Shown one piece after another: positions 50,934 to 64,000 of a DNA stretch of 64,000 bases. How positions within the stretch are numbered: position 1 is the stretch's first letter; each line of letters opens with the position of its first letter. Below the pieces are notes generated by a model. The model had not been told where the DNA came from. It searched no databases and saw nothing but the letters and a program-made list of their open reading frames with translations. The position numbers were made by a program, and so were the translations under genes. The stretch comes from Tubiluchus corallicola (Eukaryota > Animalia > Priapulida): assembly GCA_030141605.1 (NCBI GenBank), contig JAQGDQ010000232.1, forward strand, positions 248,001-312,000, written 5' to 3'.

Positions 50934-53900
50934 CTCAGAGAGATGGCTGCCCAGCATGTAGTGCTTCTCCATAAGTTAACTGTTACGAAATTTTATCACA
51001 AAATGCAAGTATTTGTGCTCAGATGCATATGTAAATAAGTTTGTTCAAGATGCAATTCAACTGCATGTATTAGGCATCTAAATATAATTTATAGAAATTT
51101 TGCAGTTGAAACCTTACTAATATATGTGTAAATAAAGCATATTAGGTTTGCTGAAAATTTAATTGCTTGGGCGCCTCATGAACAAAATATATGTTTTCAG
51201 TAGTCTTAAACAAGCTTAGGTTAACAAAATTATATAGCTAAACAAGCTCCACTGTTTGGGTGAAGCAAACTGCGAAAATGCCCTTTGAAAAGTACCATGT
51301 GTTACAGGACATACATCTCTATACAAAGGATTTACTAAAACAAATCCAAAAAATATTAAAACAAAAAATTATAAATGCAAAATATTTAAGAAACATATTG
51401 TAACTATGTATGACAGTTTAAAAAGTTTAAGGACTGCACTGGTAAAGATTTGTCAATTCTTATTATAACTGAAGTTTTGCATGGCCCATTTTTATATTTT
51501 TTGATAACTAATAAATTGATTTTAGTTCAACATTCATCACAGATAAATTAAATGTATTTCATACTTTACAGCACTGTTTGTTATGTCTTAGAGAAAAAGT
51601 TAACAAACCAACCAAATTTTCATAGGTAATAAGATGTATAAAAATGCAGCTTCTTCTGATATGAAAATGTAAGACGTACAAACCGTAAGGAAATGTGTAA
51701 ATCATTATGTCATTAATCGTAGTGTCTTGGTCTACAGCACGTATAGTAGAAGGTTTGACATCCACGCCAGTGCCCTAAAATTTACATGTAGACATTATAA
51801 GAGCAACACCAGATAATAAAATCGTTTAAATTGCATAAAATGCAGCACAGTGGTGGAAAAACCAAGCATAACATTTTAATCAAAATTAAAAAATTTAGAA
51901 AATGCAGCATATTCATCTAAATGCTCCAAAGGTGCATTTCTAAAACTGCACAAGATACAGGTGCTGCACAGTTGATGCAACAGTCTAATTTTTTATGATA
52001 ACAGAGAAGGGCTTTGCCGTTAGCATGTCTGATAGCTATAAATTAACCTATATTTGTTAACTCGAAATATAAATAATCAGCCGCTCGCAATGAAGATTTC
52101 AGATCTATTTTTTAAATACTCACCGCTTTCGCATTCAAATGTACTTTTGCTTTGTAAGTAGAATGTTCAAACTTTGGATTTAGATTGTCTTCATCAATCA
52201 CAGAAAACGTAACATTAGTAATGGATGACAGCGGAGGCTCGCCTCCATCCTAATTTGCAAGTAATGACAGTTAGTATTTTGATAACTATAGAAGCACTTT
52301 TGAATTGAATTACTTTTTGGAAATTTGTCTGACACATCAGTAGCAATTACGAGATGTACATGACATTTGGGCAAGGCCATTTGAGCATGAGACTTTTGTG
52401 CGCGAAACAATTGGGCAGGAGACATTGGGCAACAGCAAAATTTAATATTGTACCCATTTTTTATTTTTGTTTATTAATTTTTTTTATGATTCATCTCCCT
52501 AACTCTCCAAAATGAGCAAATTATGTATGAATGAAGATGCTATACATAATATTTTTTAAGATTAGCTCACTAAATTTAACATATATTGTAACATGTCTTA
52601 TAATTATTATAACCCGTCAATTGCCTTTACACTTTCTGGTTTTCCTCTTTTGTACAGAGTAAACGAAGCAGAAATAGACATTGCAAGTTTAGATAAGTGA
52701 GTTATAATTGTTTCCAATTTTAAGTACATGATCATATTTAGAAAAATAATCATTTGTTTTCTTACAAAAACTTTAAGTGTTTTAAAAGTTGGATGACAAT
52801 CAGACAGTGAACAAGGATACCTCCAATTTTAGCCTACTATAAGCAGCATGATCTGAAGCATTATGCATAGAAATAGGTGTTCTTGTGTGAATGAGTCTCG
52901 TAGTATCATAGTGATTCGGCACTGGTGACCAAATGTCGCGCGCCTAAATGGCCTGTCTCCAGTTATGGGGTTATCTTCGCAGAACACATGTGAAATTTGT
53001 GACTGATTTTGTGCATAATTTGTTCCTGTATAACTGATTAAATTTGTTTTCTTTTTATGTTCATAACTGATCTGATTTGTTTTTTGCTGCTTACGAATAA
53101 TTTGACAGATCTGTATTTATGACGGATTATTTGATCTTGAATTATTTTTTTTTGTGTTAATGATTACTGACCGATCTCATGAATGATTCATTTGATCTCT
53201 ATTGCATGATCTGATGATTAACGTACCCAATTTCTACTCATGTACAATCATTTAGTTTTCATTACTAATACCACTTTTTTGGTCAAAGCTTTTTTGCTTT
53301 TATGTCCGGGGCCAATGTAGAGGATGTCAATAACCTTGCTAGCACAGTATATGAAATTTCATGGTAACTGATGCTACACTTCATTTTTCTTTTGATGTGC
53401 AGCAGTGAGTTCTGTATCAATTACCAAGCAGTGTGTATGTAAAATGTGAGTATAATTAACGCTTATTTACAGTTGTGTGGTTCATGTAAATATATGTTTC
53501 GATTGTATGTTGTAAGTTTTTGCATAATTTTGGTTCAGTATGTCTAGTGATGTCAATATATTTAAACATAACTTAAATTTTTGTTTTTATTTCTGGAGTA
53601 CAATAACAATATTCAACAGTATATATAAATGTATAGAGTACATACTATGCAAGAGTATACACAATAAGTAGATAATTTTAGTCTGCTACTTTGGTTTCAG
53701 ATATTTCTGCCTTGTCACCTAGTTAATTACCAATCGATGTGTTCTTATTCTGCTCTTTTTTATAGCAAACAAAAACTCTATAGAAGTTAATATATTCCCA
53801 CTTAAAATCTTGCTTTTGTTTCCAAGATATAGAATCCACAGTTTCTTGACCAATTAGTCATTGTGGACTAATTAATGACTATCTATAATTATCTATAATT

Positions 53901-56900
53901 ATTATTGCTTGATTATCTGCTCTAATGTACAGGGTGTCCATAAAGTTTGGGTACATAGGGGATTTTACTATTTATTTATTTGTTTTTATTTTTTCGCCTC
54001 AGAAAGAAAATGGCTTTGTCGAAGGAAGAAAGAATCGATTTGGTACTCTTAAGTGGACGAGAAGGATGGTCTTATCGTAAAATTGCGGAAGAATTTAACC
54101 TTCGACACCCTAATCGTCAACCTATTTGTTTTACTGCCGTCGGGAAATTGGTCAAGAAGTTTAAAGCAACAGGCAGTGTCTTGGACAAACCTCGTTCTGG
54201 ACGCCCCAAGACTTTAGACGAAACGAGAGGCTGTCTTGGCCAAGGTTTATGCTAGCCCAAGGAAATCACTTCGTCGGACATCCGTAGAGTTGGGTATTCC
54301 AAGGTCAACAATTCACAAAATTAAGAGAATGCATTACCAGTCAGTGTGCTGAAATCGGCAATGCGGATCTATTCCATCGAGTTCACACATGAATTTTGTA
54401 AAACGCATAAAATTATGCATTGAAAATGATGGAAATCATGTTGAAAATATTATTTATCAACATCGAAATTGAATAAAATTGTTTTTTAAAAAGTATTTGT
54501 TTTTACTATGTACCCAGACTTTATGGACACCCTGGCCCTGTTATTTCAATTTCAGGCTATTACATAATATAAGATATCTGTTTCATAAGGATTACACAAT
54601 ATATTAAAATGTATTAAATATGTATTATAAGTCTGTCTAACATGCAACAGTATAAGGGGAAATAATGCCAGAAATTTCAGTATCAGCTTATCTGAAAAGC
54701 AATTGTATGGTTATCGCAATACTTGGTGCAATACTTGAAAAATCTGTGGCTAAAAGGCTTGCAAAAAAGAAAAACTGCACAAACATATTTGTTTGTCATA
54801 TAGCCAGTGACCAGCTCGTAGCTAAAATTAATGGGGGTGCTGCAAAATTGAAAAAAATTTTTAGCCACTGTTTTAATACTGCGTAATACGAAACAAACAT
54901 ATGTAATTATAATGTTGTAATTGTAATTTTAAACAAACAAACTAATTTAAACATAACCTTGATAAACTTCTAAACAAAAAATATTTTTTACGAATAACCT
55001 AAATTGTCAGAGTTCAAGAATATGGTTTTAAGCAAGTGACAACTGACAACATGTACTGCAGTGAGCCACAGTACTTTTTCTACCTAAAGTACAGCATTTT
55101 ATCTAAGACATGTGCGTACAACCGCTTGCGCACAGCAGCCAAACAACGGACTGCTTTGGCTGTGAAGCAAACTGTACTTCCCTCACATGCTCCCTCACAA
55201 GTATAAAGAAAGAGCTAAAGAAAAAAATTATTATATTGAATATTATTGATAATAATGAGTAAAAAGAGGGGTGCTGCAGTACCACAGTACCTATACATGA
55301 GCCACCACTGCGTATAGCTACAGAGCTTTCGAAAATGAAATTTCCTGACTAGAGATACAGAATTGATTGTTGAAAGTGAAAATTTCCAAAAAAACACTTA
55401 CTGTAACTTGAAGTGTAGCAAAGAAAGTGGATATTTTTTGATAATCCAATTTTTGTGTTAAAACTAATGCACCCTGGTTAACTATCTGCAAGTACGGATG
55501 CTACAAATTAAAGAAAAAAATGGTTAAAATAAGATTTCTAAAATTTACCAGAAATAAATTAAAATACGTTGAAAAAATGTAAAACTGATAAATATTATAC
55601 ATCACCTGTACAATCAGATTACTGAATGGTAAATATCACAGAAAATTAAATGAAGGGTTTTGGAAAATTTAGTTTGATTTTTTTCGTTGATTTGCATAAC
55701 CTGTATGTGTTCTTGATGGGTGGCATTTTTCATACATGTACTTTTACCTGAACGGTGTGGAAAATTAATGCTGCTAGGTTAATTATTGTGGCACTTTAAA
55801 TTGTAAAATATTTTTTTACTATTTTGATATACACAGTAATTCAATGTTTTACTGTAATGTGTTGTTTTAATAAACTTGCTTATTTTTTGTGACAGCTTTT
55901 CCTTTTTTCCAAAAAGTGGAAATAGAAAATTAGAAAATAAAATTATGTCTTAATCTGTTAACAAAATGTGAACATATGACTTACTGCTTACTACATTTTA
56001 ATATTTTTTACCACTTGGCTTGTGTTTCCCAAAGTTTATCAGAAATTTGAGCTATAATAACAACTATAATTATTTGTACATGCAAGCTATGCTATTAACA
56101 GTGGAATTAGTTCATAATGGCATAACCTTCAAAACATTTCATCTGCAACACATGATGCAAGCATAAAATTTGTTCATCTTTTGTATAGCATGTCCTGTTA
56201 CAAGAGACCCTATGTCAGGCCGATACATTATATTTAACATTTCCCAGCCTTGACGCTTTAGTTATTTCACTGAAAACTGTCACCTAGCACCAACATTTCA
56301 CAACTGGAATACGAATTTTATATTATTTTCACACAATTTTGTAAGACTAGCCCATGTATTTTCTGTTCTTCACCAATTAATTACAAAAAAATAAAAAGCA
56401 AAACTAATTGAAAGGGCACTAACTGGTGCATGAAATACATACCGATCCCGTAGCAAATCCAATTGTGAAGTTATTATCAGGTGGTTTATGATCTATGTCT
56501 GTAACAGATGGTGTGAATACTATTTCCCCAACAGCAGTATTCTAAAATTATAAAATCGTACAATAACTTGTATAATAAAACTGTTACAATGTGAATTGAG
56601 TATTTGGTTTGGTTTTTGAAGTATCGATAATTATGAGAGTTTTTTTTATTTAAGATGGAAGAAAAGAGCAGAGGAGATAATGAAAGTTCCATCATTTTAT
56701 AGTGATGATATGTCATGTTTTACTTAAATATTACTGTAAATTGAGAACTTATATCTGACATATTGCATCATGAATTAAAGCCAAGAAAGTATCACATTAT
56801 TTGCATAAAAGTAAATAATTAACAATAATGTACTAGTAGGCACACAAAAAGCCACGTTTGTCCGAGAATTCTAATGTACATTTTAAACACAAGGGCAATA

Positions 56901-59900
56901 AAGCTTGACAAAAGCTTCACAATTTGCTTATTTATTTATAATAAGGCCCAGTGTTTTGCCAGACTCTGTGATTTGTATTAAAAAGTGCTGCAACAGTGTC
57001 AGGAAGCACCATTTTTTCACGTTTCAGCTAGTTTTTATAATACTTTGTATTTTCTGTGTGCTGCTATTTAGAGTTGACACAAGGCAGTTTTTAATAAGTA
57101 TTCATAACTTCAATGAATTTTTGATCGATTTTCTATGAACTACCTTCCTAATGAAAGACAATAAAAACAATTTATGAAGCAAGGCTTATGGATCTTATAG
57201 ATGACCTGAAATAAAAAGAAAATTTCAAAGGCGAAAATTTTAGTGAGATTTCTTTTCAACACTAAGCTGATGAGCCAATGAGTTTAAACTTCACCATAAT
57301 TATTTTACAACATTTTCAGTAAAATGCTTTTCGCGTTTTTGTGTGCAATAGTGAATTCACAGTTCTGTCTCCATACCTCACTGATATCCACATTATACGG
57401 AGTATTGAGAAACTCAGGAGGGTGATTTACATCCGGAAAGTGTAGCCTGATCCGTGCAAAAAGTATATTTCTGCTGGACACAGCTGAGTCATTTCCAACC
57501 TAAATGAAGAATGTAATCTAATCGACAAAACAATTTAACACATGCCACAGATGGACAAAAACAGAGGTCAAAATCAGTTACTTTACATAAATTTCTCTAG
57601 AGGCCGACTTTTCGCAGAAAGCTACAGCAACAAAGAAAAGCAAGAAATAATTCATTTAAAAACAGTTGAAATTGATAAAAAGCAAACCAGATTTAGAAAA
57701 TAATGCCAATTATATACCAAAGCACCCAGCATCCTGCTGGCTTCCAGCATCCAGTGCCTAGCATCCAATCTCTTTTTACAGAAAAACAAAATGGACAATA
57801 TATAATTTACTTTTCAATGCTTCCTTTTTTCTACATTTATTTGTGTAATAATTTGCAGGCCTAACCACCATTGGCTGGATGAAGAACAGATATTGAACGT
57901 TAAAAATATGAAAAGCTTCCAAGATTCATCTCCAACCACTGCCAAAATCCTTGGTTTCATTACCCATTGACAGTATATACCGTATTTTCCCGTGTATAAG
58001 AGACCCTTGTGTATAAGAGACCCCTTCAATTTTTAGGCAAAAATTCTGGAAAAAAGTTTTTTCAGACGGACATTTTTAGAGGGTAAAGTACAACTTTTTT
58101 CAACTCAGTGCGGTACTGAAAACAAAATAAAACCAGTTAATGTGTTGTAGAAAAAGAGTACTGGTATATATTAAAGTGCGTACCTGACAGGAAAAGAGAA
58201 AACGAGGAGATAATGCCTGTGTCACGATGCTTGTATTGCTTACAACTGCTTCATAGTCGAACGCGACACGCAAAACAGTTGTAGAGCACTTATTTCTTTA
58301 AAATCATTAGTGTCACAATTTATGCATCTTATTGAAAAGACTTACTCCCATGTATAAGAGACCCCCTATTTTTAAAGTGAAAATTCTGAGCAAAAAAGGG
58401 TCTCTTATACACGGGAAAATACGGTACATTTTTTTCTCACTTCTAGATGCTGGGGAAGATGCCAGATGCTGGATGTGGATGCCTTGGTGCATCATAGGCT
58501 TAACACACATTGTCACAGTTAACATGTTTTATCAAATCAAATTACACTTAAGTACCAATCTACGTATAATTGTTGTGGTTTTGTTTCATATCAAATAAAA
58601 CTGATACACACCTTTTCTAAGTTCTAGAGTTAGACATTGTTAAGATAATAATCAGAATGGTATTTCGTTACTATAATTACAGTACAGTAAGTCCTCGCTT
58701 AAAGTTAAACTGGACTATTGTGTAAACATTTGTTCAGAATAAAGAATGCTCTAAAATATTGAAACCTACAATAGCTTTTTTTAAATCAAAGCTTAGATTA
58801 AATAATAATTACTTTGGGTACTCAAGTAAATAAATCTAAATCTAAAATCTAAAAAAATTGTTAAACTTTCAAAGGTATGCGCGGCTCAGTGAATCTACTA
58901 AGATTGGCAACGACGCTTTTTTGTCACATTCGCGTGGCCGAAAAATACAAGACGGTACTGTGATAACCATGATCATGGACTGCAGTGTTAGTTTTTGATG
59001 TCAGATTACGTAGAGCCCATTTTCGTGACATCATGGGTTTAAGCAATAACACTTGCGCAAACATGCTTGATGCGCAAAGAAAGATGCCTGCCATTACACA
59101 AACTGTGGCTAGTTTCTCATGTACCTGTGTTCAGTTGCCGTTAATTAACCTTCTAAGCTAAAAATTCAAATATAGGAAACAATTGCAAACTTTTATAGGC
59201 ACGAAATTGTATATATTTTGGACAGTAAATTAACATGAGATTGTCTCAACAATCGTTCGGTTTTTCTTTAACGACACTAAAACATTCCAGCAAAACGTCG
59301 TTAAACGAGGTCAAGAATTCCATAGAAAGTAATGTAAAAGAATTGGGATATGTTCCAGAGGACAAAATCAATGCTGCTTAAATCATATTGGGGCAATCTT
59401 AGAAATTTTATCTAGATATTTAAGCTGGCTGTTATAACAACAGGTTGCAGGCAAAATTCATTTGCATAAAGTTTGTGTACAGCTTTCGCTTGATACAAAC
59501 GGCTAGCATTGAGTGGCCATTCGGGAAACAAAATCGTGCGTACTTGTACAACAATTGTAGTGTTAATGTTACTAGTGTGTTTTTAGAACAGAATAATGCA
59601 ATGTATACAAACTAATGCACCAAGTTAGGTAAAACAGTTGTTGAAAACATAAAAGTTGGTTTTCAGCAAAGTAAAACAATCATCGTTAAAATGAAATGCT
59701 GCATTGTTAAGTGAAAAAAAGTGTCAAATGTTCAGCATCGTTAAACAGAGAGTCATTAAGCGAGGACTTACTGTAATTAAAATGCAAAAAATTAGTTTCA
59801 GGGATTTGAAGTTAGCAACAATTATAAATAGAAAAATGATGAAAAGATGCATTAGAATTCCTAGTAAAAAATTAACCCGTGATTTTTAGCATATGTTAAG

Positions 59901-62900
59901 CCAGGATTCCATTTACTGATGATAGATGGTACCAATAATCAGCAATGAAATTATCACTTAAACTGGCAAAAAAATCACAATATGGTTAAAATTAGTAATC
60001 AAAAGTAGCAGGCTGGGAATTGAGTATAACTGGAAAGTCCTAGTGTTCCACCAATAGAACAAGAGCTATCTCATTCTTTTAAGCTTTATAGGTGTTTATA
60101 TAGGAGACACTGCCAAGTATCCCAGTCCTTCCTCTTTCCAAAGAGTTATACGTTGATCAGCAAAAATTTCGAAAAAGAAGGGTACTTTTGGAAAAATGTC
60201 AACTGTGGGATGTCGTAGTCACATTACTAGTTCTACGTTGGAATGACACATTTACTGTTTTCCCATTTTGTTGGACTAAAAAGTACAAGTTTGCGAAAAA
60301 AGCAGTCGAAATATTTTCAGTTTTTTGCTCCTAACTATCAATGTGACAATACTAGTTTGGACCTTTTGCTTGTCATGAGAACCATTAAAATGGTTGCATT
60401 ACTAAAGTTGTCGCCATAGAAACCACAGACATCAAAATTTAAGTTACTGCACAGAAAATATTAAGAAAATGGGCATATTTATGGACTTTGTTCCATGAAT
60501 TTCTCATTACAGCAACTCTTGTGTATAAAGTACGTAATACGTACAGTAAAATCCGGAGAGAGACAAAGCAGAATTAAAGTAAGGTTTCTATCCCAGTCGC
60601 TCTTGAAAACCTGTTCCTAAAATAATAACATCATAATTGTTAACTATACAATAGAAGATCTCAGGATAATGCTCATTGCTCACTAAATCTCATTTATTTG
60701 CTCAGCCACTGACGTGTTTTCACACATCTCTAAAAAATGTGACAAATGAAAAGCATTACTACTTCACGCATAATTTGAACTAAAAACTATTCTTGTGACA
60801 CAGTGAAATCAATAAGAATGTGTGAAATGAAGCCACTGTTACTAACTTAAGTGTGTATATCACTACATTCATTTTGCTATTTTTAAATGGTGATTTTTAA
60901 TGACAGTTTAAGTACTCCAACAGTTACGAGATATCGCCCACATTCCATTGATACTAAGTTTCAATGAAGTTTGCAATTTTTGTTATTTTTCACGAGGAAC
61001 AATTTCTTTGCGGTTTCGGTCTTTCAAACAGAAAATGGCCTCCGGTGGCTTTATTCTTGCCCATTTTGAAAAGTAAAGCACTACAGATAAGGCAAAAAAT
61101 TCAAATACACGCAAAATTTGCCACTAGGACATTTCAAATTACCTTGCCTGTGATATCTTTGGTGATACTAAGTTTGTAATTAAATGAATTTCGCGGCGGT
61201 TTCAATATTTTAAAAATGTTCTCAACATTCCTATGAATCTCCAGGTCAATGCAACAATTGTACCGTCCATATTGAATATCAACAACATCTCCTAATACCA
61301 AAATAAAATTTTACACTACTGCAAGAAACACTCTGTAAGTTTTATTTTTACATAAAAATGTATATTTTATTCTTAAGTAAAATACAAGATCTCAAGATAA
61401 TGTTCATTGATCACTAAACCTCATTGCTTTGATCAGCCTTTGACATGTTTTCACAGATCTCTAAAAAATGTGACAAATGAAAAGTATTAATACTTCACGA
61501 AGAATTTGAATTAAAAACTATTCTTGTGAGACACAGTGAAGTCAATAAAAATATGCGAAATGAAGCCAGTATTATTCACTTAAGTGTGTATATCACTTAT
61601 TATTAAATAATTATTGTTAAAAAAAACATATTGAAACATTTTGATTAGATTTATACAATTAAAGGACAACATTTATAACAGGTAATGCAGGGAACCTATT
61701 TTCAATTCTTGCTCTAGTATAGTGGTATGCATTTTTATTGAGTGAGATTCATTTTAAACTTATGTTGCTGATCGTATATAGAAACAGGTAAATTAAGCTT
61801 CATTATTCTTTGGTTCAGCTGTTATTCAGTGTGAATACAATAATATCTGATACAGCAGTGTAAAAAAGAAAAACTTAGCAGCGACGTGCATAATTTAAAG
61901 AAAGAAAGGCCCACAACACTTCATACCTTATCTGATCAACAGTAATTTACATCACTATGGCTTATATTACGAACTGAAAACTGTAGTCAGATTAATTGTT
62001 ACAGTTAACAAAAATTGAAAAAAAGAAAATCAGAAGGTTTTGTCGGCAGCTAACATATTTTTTTGAAGAATTGACATTTCATATTCATTTTTTTATTTGC
62101 CACGTAATTTAATTTTTATGATGAGGAGCTTCCAAACTGAAGTGTCTCGGGCCCTCCAAGGTCTGATCTGGCCCTGCCCTTAACTTTACACAGAAGATTT
62201 TAGTGCAAGGGATAAGTTGTTTATAATAAAGTCAAATTTGCAACTTGTGTAAAAAAAGTTAAGTTTCATTTTGAAAAATATGATGCACCACAAGTTGATT
62301 TGTGTGGCAAATGCTTAGTTACTTAATGCAGTTACCATTATATTATCAGGCCAGGTATTTAGCGCGGAATTGATTACTGGGACTCTACACTATCAATAAT
62401 GATACTCAGAATTCTTCATTATTAGAATTAACAAGGCCGTTTGTACAGAGCGATAACACAAATCAATAATATAAATTATGTTTCAAGAAATTACTGAAAG
62501 ATCTCAACAAAATTTGCCACATTATCGGCAAGTGTTGATAAGACTAGCTTTTGGTGATGACAATTAGAAATAAAAATAAAAATGTTCTTATTTGTTGCAG
62601 CTTATGTAGGAATAAAATGCTATGTGCCATTATAAATAAATGTCCAGCAATAAAATACAATGAATTAAACTAAAATTCGACATAAAGTCAAGATAAAGGC
62701 AACTATGAAACAGAAACAGGTTAATCTCTGAAATGCCCATAATGTATCGGCTAAGCACATTAATATGTAACTTAAGGAGTACTTGTTTAATTTTTCTAAG
62801 AAACATCTCTGAAATGCTGATAATGTATCGGCTAAACACACTAATATGTAACTTAAGAAGCACTTGTTTAATTTTTCTAAAAAACATCTCTGAAATGCCC

Positions 62901-63981
62901 ATAATCTAATGCAAAACACACTAATATGTAACTTAAGAAGCACCTGTTTAATTTTTCTAAGAAACATCTCTGAAATGCCCATAATGTAATGGCAAAACAC
63001 ACTAATATGTAACTTAAGAAGCACCTGTTTAATTTTTCTAAGAAACATCTCTGAAATGCCCATAATGTAATGGCAAAACACACTAATATGTAACTTAAGA
63101 AGCACTTGTTTAATTTTTCTAAGAAACATCTCTGAAATGCCCATAATGTAATGGCGAAACACACCAATATGTAACTTAAGAAGCACTTGTTTAATTTTTC
63201 TAAGAAACATCTCTGAAATGCCCATAATGTAATGGCAAAACACATTAATATGTAACTTAAGGAGTACTTGTTTAATTTTTCTAAGAAACATTTCTGAAAT
63301 GCCCATAATGTAATGGCAAAACACACTAATATGTAACTTAAGAAGCACTTGTTTAATTTTTCTAAGAAACATCTCTGAAATGCCCATAATGTAATGGCAA
63401 AACACACTAATATGTAACTTAAGAAGCACTTGTTTAATTTTTCTAAGAAACATCTCTGAAATGCCCATAATGTAATGGCAAAACACATTAATATGTAACT
63501 TAAGGAGTACTTGTTTAATTTTTCTAAAAAACATCTCTGAAATGCCCATAATGTATAGGCAAAACACACTAACATGTAACTTAAGGAGCACTTGTTTAAT
63601 TTTTGTAAGAAACTGGAGCAAAAAGTAGTGGTCTTACAGTTAAACTTTTAGAAATGTACTGCCGTACACAAAACATACCTTTTTTAGGATTTTCTGATAA
63701 GTAGAAATCCTTGGGCTGTGCACTTGGATAAATACAATCTGCAAATATACAATATACAAAGTTTGATTGAAGTAACCAATTAAATAAGCAATGATGCACA
63801 AAACTAAAAGTGCCGGAACACTACACCCTAAACTAATAATTACTTAGCAGGTATGGATTAGTAAAGCATATAGCTAATGTAAGGCAAGTGCTGCAAGTGT
63901 ACAAAATTACTGCGTAATTACCTTCTGTGCAGATGCCATCTTCGCAACGACATAGAAATTTATCAGCTTCATCAGGACAGC
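43193..63981 (-). CDS. Cadherin-related (non-classical) single-pass membrane protein with ~5 EC repeats and a long disordered tail; 5' end lies outside the window
   Basis: Phase-compatible exons 63981-63922, 63738-63679, [unresolved gap], 57499-57377 (DVNHPPEF), 56541-56443 (TDID), 55500-55402 (LDYQ), 52249-52124 (DGGEPPLSS..DEDNLNPKF), 51774-51684 (AVDQD), 50682-50067, 48857-48685, 46846-46711 (TM helix) and 44429-43193 (WRKKK stop-transfer plus tail). Confidence 0.85.
44927..45319. repeat. Diverged direct duplication (~165-bp core, ~227-bp spacing)
   Basis: 44927-45091 aligns with 45154-45319, with many mismatches. Confidence 0.75.
48946..49069. repeat. Perfect 62-bp tandem duplication
   Basis: Two identical adjacent copies. 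Confidence 0.95.
50775..50931. repeat. Compound trinucleotide low-complexity tract (GAT/ACA/ATA/CAC/CAA)
   Basis: Seen directly in a cadherin intron. Confidence 0.85.
52370..52960. mobile_element. Probable non-autonomous TIR element with short subterminal repeats
   Basis: aggccatttgagcatgagactttt at the left is imperfectly inverted with aaatgtcgcgcgcctaaatggcct at the right. Confidence 0.4.
53930..54534 (+). mobile_element. Tc1/mariner-superfamily internal-deletion derivative
   Basis: 29-bp TIR CAGGGTGTCCATAAAGT(T/C)TGGGTACATAG. Transposase N-terminal HTH from ATG 54010 (MALSKEERI...KFKATGSVLDKPRSGRPK) is fused to the C-terminus (KRIKLCIENDGNHVE). The DDE core is absent. Confidence 0.92.
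57980..58424. mobile_element. Tc2/pogo-like MITE (CCGTA termini, TA TSD)
   Basis: 27-bp perfect TIR CCGTATTTTCCCGTGTATAAGAGACCC. Confidence 0.92.
58685..59773. mobile_element. Tigger-like non-autonomous element
   Basis: 18-bp TIR CAGTAAGTCCTCGCTTAA, TA TSD, internal cgttaaac(g/a)g repeats. Confidence 0.85.
60655..61597. repeat. Pair of ~210-bp diverged direct repeats
   Basis: 60655-60864 aligns with 61386-61597. Confidence 0.85.
62724..63612. repeat. 81-bp minisatellite, ~11 copies, intronic
   Basis: Unit ATCTCTGAAATGCCCATAATGTAATGGCAAAACACACTAATATGTAACTTAAGAAGCACTTGTTTAATTTTTCTAAGAAAC. One copy has a 1-bp deletion. Confidence 0.97.
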
Positions 63982-64000
63982 CTATAGGTATGGCAGTTTG

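Noticed and set aside
50651-50974. Poly-T/N and poly-V/I ORFs
   Set aside because: Translations of a trinucleotide low-complexity tract.
61927-61973. 47-nt candidate cadherin exon with good splice sites
   Set aside because: It has an in-frame TGA in the required phase, and there is no evidence for recoding.
62630-63621. 318-aa and 232-aa repeat ORFs; CRISPR-like periodicity
   Set aside because: These are by-products of an 81-bp tandem repeat. There are no unique spacers, no cas genes, and the context is a eukaryotic intron.

Overview
AT-rich invertebrate animal genomic DNA with spliceosomal GT-AG introns; it is not prokaryotic. I assembled exons by hand, checking splice phase. Genes: (1) the 5' part of a chitin synthase (minus strand, runs off the left edge) that seems to start only ~30 aa before the catalytic domain; (2) a complete 9-exon, divergent FUT8-like GT23 alpha-1,6-fucosyltransferase directly upstream on the same strand; (3) UROD (2 coding exons); (4) an intronless FAM120B-like PIN-domain gene; (5) a small secreted single-EGF protein (plus strand); (6) the 3' part of a cadherin-related single-pass protein (minus strand, runs off the right edge). 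Mobile and repeat content: a young full-length Gypsy/Ty3 LTR element (998-bp LTRs, ATAC TSD, tRNA-Pro PBS, PPT, -1 frameshift pseudoknot, dead pol) nested in an older TIR element, several LINE remnants, Tc1/mariner, Tc2-like and Tigger-like MITEs, a cGAS-like (Mab-21) pseudogene fragment, an 81-bp minisatellite and microsatellites. The most speculative but interesting signal is the chitin synthase/FUT8-like pair. The fucosyltransferase keeps its catalytic residues but has lost N-glycan branch-binding residues, which recalls a NodC/NodZ-type chito-oligosaccharide fucosylation module.
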